IMG/VR virus record: IMGVR_UViG_3300021960_000038
DNA length: 64,000 nt
DNA from: an uncultured virus (IMG/VR IMGVR_UViG_3300021960_000038)
Lineage: Duplodnaviria > Heunggongvirae > Uroviricota > Caudoviricetes
Reading direction: 5' to 3' (one strand)
Every line of letters begins with the position of its first letter. Within the stretch, counting starts at the first letter, position 1. Below the pieces are notes generated by a model. The model saw only the letters and a list, made by a program, of their open reading frames with translations, searched no databases and was not told the DNA's origin. Made by a program: the position numbers and the translations under genes. Shown here one piece after another: positions 8,310 to 17,500 of the stretch.

Positions 8310-9727
8310 TATAAATTAAATTGTGGGGTTGGTACAGATTGGTGTATCTTACTAATTTGATTAGCAGGTGCAGTAGGATCGTTTACATACACCTCTTGTG
8401 CTTTTCTAATTGTACCACCTTGATTTATATATACACCTTTTGCTTTGGCAATTGGTCCGATAGGTCTAGTCGCTGGGTATGGCTGTTGTGCAGGATTTTG
8501 ATAAGTCTGCTGATATGTGTATGGTTGCTGATAAGGTTGCTGTATCGGTCTAGTAGCACCGAATGGTTGTTGATATCCATAAGGTTGCTGGAAAGCATAA
8601 TTCTGCTGATATCCATAAGGTTGTTGGAAAGGATATGGTGTAGTGCCTGTTGCTGGACGTGTTCCAGTTGCAGGTCTTAATGCAGGTGTTTGTCCAGTTG
8701 CTGGTCTCGGACCAGTCGCAGGTCTTACTGCTGGATAAGGTTGCTGAAATGAATAAGGTTGTTGAAATCCATAAGGTTGCTGGAATGAATATGGAGATTG
8801 AAAAGTTGTATTAATCGTTGCTGCCTGTACATTTATTGAATTATTTGCTTCATAAACAACTGGAATTGGTTCTTCTTCCCCAAAGTCGAATTCTTCTTCT
8901 TCTAATGTCCAATTTACTTGGAAACCAAATGGACCTGCTGACCCAAAACTAAATGGATATGGTGTATCTGCTGGACTAGATGCTTGATGCAATAGAACAT
9001 TTGCAACAGTAGGTGTTTGAGCAGTCAATTCAAACTCTCCTGGCTGATTAGGAGCAGGATAAAAACCTACAAAGTTGTATGCAAATGTATCACCTTTGTT
9101 TATTTGTGCTGAAACAGGCGAATTAGATTGACCAAATGGTGATGATATTAAAATATCAGAATAACTCGGTTGTGCTGTTAATGTAACAGGATATGTTGAC
9201 ACCAATGATGGATGCGTTCTTTGATAAGTTTGCTGATATGGTTGCTGATACTGATAAGGTATTTGTGTAGCACCTTTGGGTTGCTGATATGGAACAGTTC
9301 CAATGGCAGGTCTTACAGCAGTACGAGTAGCAGGTTGCTGTGCTGGAGTTGGTTGTTGTCCTGTAGCAGGTCTAACCCCTGTAGTGGGTCTTGTTCCACT
9401 GGCAGGTCTGGTTGCTGTATAAGGTTGTTGAAATCCATAAGGTTGCTGAAACGGATATGGAGTTTGATAGGGTTGTTGAAATCCATATGGTTGCTGGAAT
9501 GGATAAGGTGTTGTCCCAACAGCAGGTCTTGGTCCACTTGCAGGTCTTTGTGCTTGAACAGGCACAGTTCCAGTAGCAGGTCTTGTAGCAGTATAAGGTT
9601 GTTGTGCTGGTCTTAGAGCAGGTCTAGTTCCAGATGCAGGTCTAGTCGCAGGTTGTTGTATAGGTCTGAATGCAGTGTATGGCTGCTGGAAGTTACTCCC
9701 GATATTTATGTAGATATCATCAGACAT
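8309..9727 (-). CDS. QQPY/RPA repeat protein with self-complementary arms; putative fibre-tip protein
   Basis: Arms aa13-127 and aa309-423 are built from QQPY and RPA(T/S)G units around a non-repetitive domain; C-terminal GVYINQGGTIRKAQEVYVN; AAGGA RBS. Confidence 0.85.
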   Translation of the reverse strand: MSDDIYINIGSNFQQPYTAFRPIQQPATRPASGTRPALRPAQQPYTATRPATGTVPVQAQRPASGPRPAVGTTPYPFQQPYGFQQPYQTPYPFQQPYGFQQPYTATRPASGTRPTTGVRPATGQQPTPAQQPATRTAVRPAIGTVPYQQPKGATQIPYQYQQPYQQTYQRTHPSLVSTYPVTLTAQPSYSDILISSPFGQSNSPVSAQINKGDTFAYNFVGFYPAPNQPGEFELTAQTPTVANVLLHQASSPADTPYPFSFGSAGPFGFQVNWTLEEEEFDFGEEEPIPVVYEANNSINVQAATINTTFQSPYSFQQPYGFQQPYSFQQPYPAVRPATGPRPATGQTPALRPATGTRPATGTTPYPFQQPYGYQQNYAFQQPYGYQQPFGATRPIQQPYQQPYTYQQTYQNPAQQPYPATRPIGPIAKAKGVYINQGGTIRKAQEVYVNDPTAPANQISKIHQSVPTPQFNL

Positions 9728-9737
9728 GATCTATCCT

Positions 9738-11378
9738 TTAGACCACGAACCAAAGATGTCCTGTGGAAGTTCCTGTTGAGTCTGTTGGTGCACTACTTGT
9801 AATTTCATAATCTAAAGATATACTTAAATCGTATGGGTCAGATGAAGATCCTGGAGTTGTATCTGTTAAGTTAACATCAATACCAGCACCCTCAACATAT
9901 TTTAAATACTTACCACCATCCATAGTAACTTGAGTTCCGTCACCATCGATAGCATACCATTCGTAAGTATTATTTAGTGTTAAAGTTCCAGCAGAATCAT
10001 CATAAGTCTTTGATATGTTAGTTCCTGCTGTAATTAAGTTAGCAACTCTGTCATCTACTCTTTCATCAGTATAGAACTTGTTAGTACCTTCTGAAAAATC
10101 ATCAGTGTCTAGTGTTCTAGTTCCACCGAGTGAAACAGATGTACCATTAATAGTAATAGCAGAATTTGCTAATGCTGAGTTTGGTAAGTTTGTTACACTT
10201 AGATCAATCGCACCATCACCTGCATCATCATAGGTAGCAGTGATGTTAGTATGCGAACCATTGGTCACTAATTGGGCACCAACGATATCTTGTATGCTTT
10301 CTGTATCTGTAGTTGCTGAGTTTGTGATTGTCAATGAACCAGCACCATCATCGTAAGATAAACTGATGCCTGTTCCTGCTGTAAGTAAAGTGTCAACTCT
10401 ATCATCTACTCTTTCGTCTGTGTAGAATTTGTTAGTGCCTTCTGCTAGATCGTCAGTATCTAAAACTACAGCACCTGTAGAACCATTCACACTTGTAACA
10501 GGAGCACTTGCTGCTGTAAAACTAATTACACCTGATGAAGAATCGTATGAGATATCACCAGATGCTGAAATTGCATTTCTTGCTAATGTGTTACTAAAAT
10601 ATTGATTGGTAGATCCTTCTGCTAAATCATCTGTGTCAAGATTAGATAAACTAGATACTGTTCCTGTTACATCACCTGTGATATCACCAACGAAAGCAGT
10701 TGAAGTGATACTTGAGAACCCTGTACCAACTCCATTCGTAATGGTTGCTGTTCCATCTGTAATGCTAGGTGATTCAAAAGTATGACCAGTGTCAATCTTC
10801 ATGTTACCATCAACAAAAGTATTACCTTCTAATTGAACTGTGTAACCTGATTCTAAAGTAGTGGTTGGTGAGGATCCATCACCATTAATAATTACACCAG
10901 ATGCATTATTGTTATAGATAGCACCAAGAGCAGTAAGTTCCCAATCATCTGCTGCACCTTCTGTACCTTGCACATCTAAATATGATCCTGTAAAAGTTGA
11001 TAAACGAATAATATCATTTAAACTAGCAGCAGAGGTAAGAGTAATGGTTGTGAACAATCCACCACTGGGTCCACCCACAGCATAGTCAACACCACTTCGA
11101 AGTAAAGCACCATTTTGGAATACTTGAACTCGGTTCTGTCTAAAACTTAATGTATTACTAAAGTTGTCTGTACCAGAGAATGTAGTTTGTCCAGAACTTG
11201 CTGTGAATTCAAATTCTTGGTAGTAGAAGTACAAATCTTGTATGCTGTTTACAGCATCTACAATAGTAGTTTGGTTGATAGTTCTTAAACCAGAAACATC
11301 ACCTACATCGGTTGCAAGTTCGTTATATCTACTTCTCCAAGTTTCAAAAGTATCTGTGGTATTAACTGTCTTTGCCAT
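9738..11378 (-). CDS. Tail-fibre-like protein
   Basis: TDTFETWR N-terminal anchor motif; FTASSGQTTF/VFQNG domain; DTDDLAEG.N.FYTDERVDDRV repeats; ends SSAPT...GHLWFVV. Confidence 0.8.
   Translation of the reverse strand: MAKTVNTTDTFETWRSRYNELATDVGDVSGLRTINQTTIVDAVNSIQDLYFYYQEFEFTASSGQTTFSGTDNFSNTLSFRQNRVQVFQNGALLRSGVDYAVGGPSGGLFTTITLTSAASLNDIIRLSTFTGSYLDVQGTEGAADDWELTALGAIYNNNASGVIINGDGSSPTTTLESGYTVQLEGNTFVDGNMKIDTGHTFESPSITDGTATITNGVGTGFSSITSTAFVGDITGDVTGTVSSLSNLDTDDLAEGSTNQYFSNTLARNAISASGDISYDSSSGVISFTAASAPVTSVNGSTGAVVLDTDDLAEGTNKFYTDERVDDRVDTLLTAGTGISLSYDDGAGSLTITNSATTDTESIQDIVGAQLVTNGSHTNITATYDDAGDGAIDLSVTNLPNSALANSAITINGTSVSLGGTRTLDTDDFSEGTNKFYTDERVDDRVANLITAGTNISKTYDDSAGTLTLNNTYEWYAIDGDGTQVTMDGGKYLKYVEGAGIDVNLTDTTPGSSSDPYDLSISLDYEITSSAPTDSTGTSTGHLWFVV
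10051..10445. repeat. Intragenic direct repeat encoding EGTNKFYTDERVDDRV, two copies (about 10051-10093 and 10403-10445)
   Basis: Near-identical ~43-nt segments of the form tcatctactctttcntcngtntagaanttgttagtnccttctg. Confidence 0.75.
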
Positions 11379-11583
11379 TGTTTAAAGTCCCAATAATTGT
11401 TGTTAACATAGATTTAATTTGAGTCACCTCATCTTTGAGAATAGAAATCTCAGTTTGAGTCGTTCTCCATACTCTCTGTCTATTTTTAGCAGCAGTGTAG
11501 GAGTCCATATCAGTATTTATTATAGCACCTGATCTTTCATCTCTTAAGAGATTCTTATGTCCTTCTACTTTTACTTTTGCCAT
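11362..11583 (-). CDS. Conserved small protein of T4-like marine phages
   Basis: KVEGHKNLLRDERSGAIINTD followed by a coiled coil; lies next to the VrlC-like gene. Confidence 0.75.
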   Translation of the reverse strand: MAKVKVEGHKNLLRDERSGAIINTDMDSYTAAKNRQRVWRTTQTEISILKDEVTQIKSMLTTIIGTLNNGKDS

Positions 11584-11584
11584 T

Positions 11585-14500
11585 TTATGTTGCTAATGCG
11601 ATTGCTCTAAAGTTTTGAACAATCGGTATCTCAGTTGTTTTTGTTCCTTGCCCTACAATCTTAATAGCAAAAGCAGTAAACTCTGCTAAATTGTTGACTG
11701 TATATTCGTACTCTTTAAAGTTTCTAGAATCTGCTTCTACAGTAATATCTGGTGATCCATCTGTATTGAAGTAAGTCCAACCAATTTCATCAAAAGGTAA
11801 AGACTCATCGTTTCTTAAAACTTTAAACATGAGTTTTACATCGTTAGTGCTATTTCTAAAGATGTCTGCCATTACTTTAATTGCTGTTGCTGGAGTCTTA
11901 AGGTTTACTCTCTTAGTAATGTAAACCATAGCATTGTTATCCCCTTCTGCCTCTGTGCTATCAAAGTATGTACTGTAAGATCCTACATCGGATGAAGAAT
12001 CTACATTGTTAATTCTGTTGTGTATTGCTAAACAACCAATTGTGCTTACATCTATAATCGGTGACAAGTTAGGGTTCAGAGATTGTAAAGATAACTGTAA
12101 TGTAAATGACTTAGCATTAGACATCTCATTGTTTTCATTAATTCCTGAAGCAACCATTTGCCCATCAGAGAAGAACACATTATCGTTGAGTGCGATGTAA
12201 TTAGAAACACTACCTCTAGTGTATTGTGTTCCATTAATTACACCTTCTGGTGATTTAGCAGGTGTTGTTCTCACATTACATAACATGTATGTATCTTTAA
12301 ATGTTAAAGAAGGTATCATCGTATGTAATGTATCGAAGTAATAGTCTTGTGTAGCAAGTACACTAGCACCACCACCTCTAGAAGTTTCTATCGCACCACC
12401 AACTAGATCATAAGCAGATAAAGAAGGTGTTACTGTATAAGAGTCAATCTCTATATCAGTTAAAGCAGTAAATGTAGTATTCAATGCAGCGATAGGGAAT
12501 CCACCTAGTGTATCACCAACTGTATCTATCGCAAAGGTTGTGCTATTTGTAGCAGAACCAAAGTTTGTTACAGTTAGAGTATCGGCAGCATCATAACCTG
12601 ATCCTGGATTTTTAATTTCCCAAGAACTAATAGCACTTGATGCGACAACCACTTTGACTGTTGCACCTGTTCCAGATCCAGAAGTCGTAGTTGCGATGTC
12701 ATCATAAGTACCATCAGCAGGTAATGAACCAGAACCCACTGCAGATGGATTAGTGATGGATAATACTGAGTCAGTTCTATCCCCTGTTATACCCGACAAT
12801 GTAACATTACCACTAGCATCATACATACCATGCGAATAATGTGATACTTTAACTTTACTGTTGCCAGAGATAAATGATATCGGAGATGCTCCTAATCTAG
12901 TAGAATCTAAAGCATCGTTGTTAAATCTTACTGTACCTTTCTGAGATGTATCAAACTTACATTGATTCAACTTAAACTTAAGATCTTCTAATTGCTCAGC
13001 AGACCATGTTGATGCGTTTTGTGATTTGAATAATACACCAGCATAAGGTTGATCAGTAATCACTTCTTGTGTAATTAAATCAGTACCACCCATCTCAGAT
13101 ACAAATACTTCGTATTCGTTTGAGTTAGAAAGTACGACCACACAATACTCTGTATTGTTCTCAACATAGACTGGAGATTCAAATGTAAATGTAGTTGCTG
13201 TAGCACCATTTGCTGAAGTATTTACAGCAGATGGTTTCTTAGATACTGATGAGAATGGTAATACTATTTGTCCAGGATAACCATTCACCATGTTTCTAAT
13301 TTCTACATTCACAGGTAGAGAATCGTCTTTAGTTTTAAAGTAGACATCTACAGAAGATAAGAACATACCACCATCTGCTACAACCATAAATGATTGTGCA
13401 AGTGGATCTCTCCATCCACCATCCATCATTTGAATTCTCAAGTTTCCAGGAATTCTTGGATTACCAGGATTTTGTATTTCTGGAAATTGTCTTATAGGTA
13501 ATATAGGTTCAACTCTAGCAGGCACTGGAGGTGCTGGTGGAGTTGGTATTAATGCAGGTGCTATCACTGGTGATGGTATTGTCACTGTTGGAATTGGTGT
13601 AGGTATGGTTGGTGCTGTAAGATCAAATTGTACAGCATTCAGTTCTTCACCTCTTCTAGTGATAGTTCTATTACCACTTGTTTGTTCTTGTATAACTCTA
13701 CCATTTCTAGTAGCGACAACTGTTGTTTGATTAGATTGTAAAAGACCTCTAGCACTATAAGTTGCTTGTGCTTTAGAGTCTGCATCTATTTGTCCATTAG
13801 GATCAGAGATAACTGTTAATACTCTCTCCCCTGTAGGGAATCTTTGAGCACTTGAATTAGGTATAGAGAATGTAAATGATATATCACCAGATCTATCAGT
13901 TTTTACTCCAGCACCTAAAGATGCACTTCCTGATTGTGAGTATGTAGCACTTGATGGTGTACAGAACGAATCTACATCTATACCATCAAAGTAAACATAA
14001 TGGAAGGTGTTTGGTTTTAATCCATCACCTGTTACAGTTATATCTCTGCTTCGAATAAATGGTATTATGCTAATACCAACTGTTCTTGTGTTTCTATCTT
14101 CAGTAAATTCTTCGACTACTGAAGTTCTAATTCCTGATCTTGTTTGTGTTTCAGGTGTTTCTGTGATTGTTCTAGTAGTTCTAGATCCTGGAACCCAAGT
14201 ACCACCTTGTCCTGGAGTTCCTTCCCATGCACCTGCACGATTAGAAACTGTTTCAGTTCCTGTATTATTAGGTTGCCCAACCCATGATGTCTGCCAGTTA
14301 TTCCATACTGTACCAAGTGAGTTTCCTACACCTGCTAATACAGTATCAAAGTTTCCTTCTCTGTTAACTCTAATCTCTGGTAAAGTTTGAGTATCATTCC
14401 ATACATCAGTTCCAGGAGATAAGTTTAATGTTCCTGTAAATGCGAAAACATTATAAGGATTAACATTAATTGCTTTAGATGCTTTTGATTGATTAACAAA

Positions 14501-17500
14501 AGGCACTTCAGAGAATGGTAGATGAATAAGATCACCAGTCTTAGTATAGTTTGCTGAAGTAGTTGTATCTAGACTAATGTCAAAGAAGTTTGTTACAGAC
14601 ATAGGTCTAAGATGACCATTCTCTGCATCAACTGCTACTTTATAGTCGGGATGGTTAACATCACCAATACCATGTCCTCTAAAGTTATCTACTAAGAAAC
14701 CTGACTTGAATCTATCAAATCCATCACCATCAAGTATCTGCATAGATTGAGTATCTTTTTCAAGTAGAGATAGAGTCGTTACTCTTTCTAGATTCTTAAC
14801 TCTATCTGCTAATCTACCGATATCTTTCATAGTATATCTTCTATGATCTTTTGATCGGATAACTACATCATCTAATGTTTCTGTATAAGGTTTGAGTGAT
14901 AACTCAAACAACTCGATAGCATTATCTACAGGAGAAGGTCTGGTTGGTGATAAAGAAGGTGTTCCATGAACAACCTGTAATAGACCTGTCTGATGTAAGA
15001 ATATCTTATCTATTCTTCCAACATAAAAAGTGATATCACCAACAACATTTGATCCAGGAACTAGCATATCAACGATAGATGCTCCCGATGCTGTTACACC
15101 TGATGTGGATGCTTCGAATGATTTGTTTTCGTAATAGAATGGAGCACGAACAGCACCACTTGTAGAGTTTGATAAATCTACAGGGGAACTAGGATCAGGT
15201 GTAGTGGCACTAAATGTTGTTGTACCTAATATCTGACCAAGAGAAGGTCTAAAGTCAACTGAATCTCTTAATTCATATTCTCCATCTGGTTCTAATGACT
15301 CAGGATCTACTCTGTTAGATATGTACTGAGGAATCTCATCATAATCCACACCAGAGTAAGAATTGACATCGTAGAAATCACCAGAACCTGATGATGTGAA
15401 ATAATCAAACACCACCATGATAGGTGAAACAGGAGCAGGTGCTCCAGGTTTTCTAACGATTTTTGCTAAGTCATAGAAACCATCTCTTTGACCATCGTCA
15501 AAGAAGTAGTTGTTTGTTATAACTTTTGAACCTGCATCTATGGAACCCAATGTTCCTGCTGCTGTAGATGTTGAACCGATAATAGATTCTCCATCACTAA
15601 ATGCAGTTGTCGAAGTAAGGTAGAAATAGGAAGTGTTTCCTGTACCACCATAGTTAATCATCACACCTCTGGCACCTGAAGTTTGACCAACAATAACTTC
15701 TCCTTGGTCAAATCCAGTGGCAGTGGTTTGTGTAATTGTAAAGGAAGGTGCTGTAGCATCATTACCATCTACACCCTCATAGATTGCTCTTAGTTTGAAA
15801 GCATCAGATACACCCAATGTGATTTCTTTATCATCATAGGCAGTACCATAGAAACCACCAGCACTTCTGGCACTTCCTACTTTCAATACTCTAGCAGATT
15901 TTAAGTTTTTATCTCTGTTAACAGGTGAGTTGATATCAACTGTGTATGTAACTTTAAGTATAGCACCATCATCTGCGGCATCAAAACCACTAATGGTCAA
16001 TGTTTGCTGAGAACCTGAAGTAGTAATCGATGTTGTGATATTATTGGTATTGTCATGAATATCAATGATATCACCATTTAATAAGTTTCCACCTGATTGT
16101 TCTTCAACTACAGCAACAATAAAGTTATCTGCTGTAATGCTGTCAAAAGTTTCACCTGTTTGTGTTGTGATTGCTATTTGTTGAGATGTTACTGTATCAA
16201 CAACCTGTCTTCTTACAGATACTTGGTCAGGAGTATGACTTGATACATAATCTCTTGCCCATGCTGCAATCGCAACTGTTTGTTCTTGATTGTAAATTTT
16301 AGTTCTTCTTCTTGTGATGTTACCAGTCTGAGTGCTACCTGCATTTGCTGTAAGTGTTAAAGAAGTGTCACTTGCTATAGAAGAAACAATTCTTTCATTA
16401 CCTGCGGAGTCAACTAATATATCACCTTCTTTTAATTCAGAAGAGAACAATGTTCCGAATCCTGTTACAGCAGTTGAACCACTTGTTAATGATACTGTAC
16501 CGACAAGTACATAATCATTATCAGTAACTACATCTGCAGTAAAGGTTTCTCTTGAAGTGTTTTTAGGAACTTGAGATACACCTCTAACTCTATCTATGTT
16601 ATAATTTCTTGTTGCTGTATTTTGTCCTGCTGTAATTGAACCTGATCCTGAACCATAAGATGTTACACTATCAGAGTCATCCCAGTTTCCTACTACATCA
16701 TGAATGTATAGATTGCTGGATGTATCGTGTGCTACGATACCAGACTTTGTTCCGTCTGCATTGCGTACTTGGTCACCTGCTGTGAATGTTCCACTCTTAG
16801 CAGAATATGAAATCTTTGTAAACATCTTAACATCAAATAGATACAAATTAAAGTTATCTGTTTGATCGTAGATACCATAACTTCCTGATGTGGAAGATGT
16901 ACCACTTAAATGATCAAAGTTTCTTACACGAGCATAACCAATGTGATTTGAAGTTGGTGCAGTTCCTGGAGTAGCAACTGCCACATCCCATAGTTTTACA
17001 AAGTTGTATGGTGCTTGTGTATCATCACCTGACTCATTACCGAACTCTGGTTCACTATGTACATCTGTAATCTTAAGATAGTTTCCTATTCTAACAGGTG
17101 TATTTGCTGCTGTTAAAGATTGAGTTGTGCGTGCCTTTGATACAGACACTGGAGTGGTTGCTGTTTTCTCAATCTCATAACCTCTCACATATGCTTTTCC
17201 AGGAGATACTTGTACTACAAACTTGGTAGAATCTCCACCATTTGCATTTGAGTAGTATCCTCTGTTTGTACCATCATTAAGATGCTCTCTTAATGAAGTT
17301 GTAAATTGTTGAACCACATAGTCACCAGACTCATCATAAGTTCTGCGTGCTAATGTGTTTTCAATTTCACTGTAGTTTGTATTACTGACTTTGTTTTCAA
17401 TAATACCATTGTTAACTCTCAACAATTCAATAAAGTTAACATCAACAACTGTATCTAATGCTTTCTTTGCAAAAGTAAAATTGACTTTTAATCTATCTGC

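Noticed and set aside
8459..9691. DNA inverted repeat as the cause of the arm complementarity
   Set aside because: Paired residues do not have reverse-complement codons (the reverse complement of AGA encodes Ser, not Gln; that of TAT encodes Ile, not Gly/Ala). The complementarity exists only at protein level.
8309..9727. Gliadin/glutenin-like PFQQPY similarity, or a CRISPR-like DNA repeat
   Set aside because: The resemblance is compositional only. The repeats are in-frame, vary at synonymous positions and have no unique spacers.
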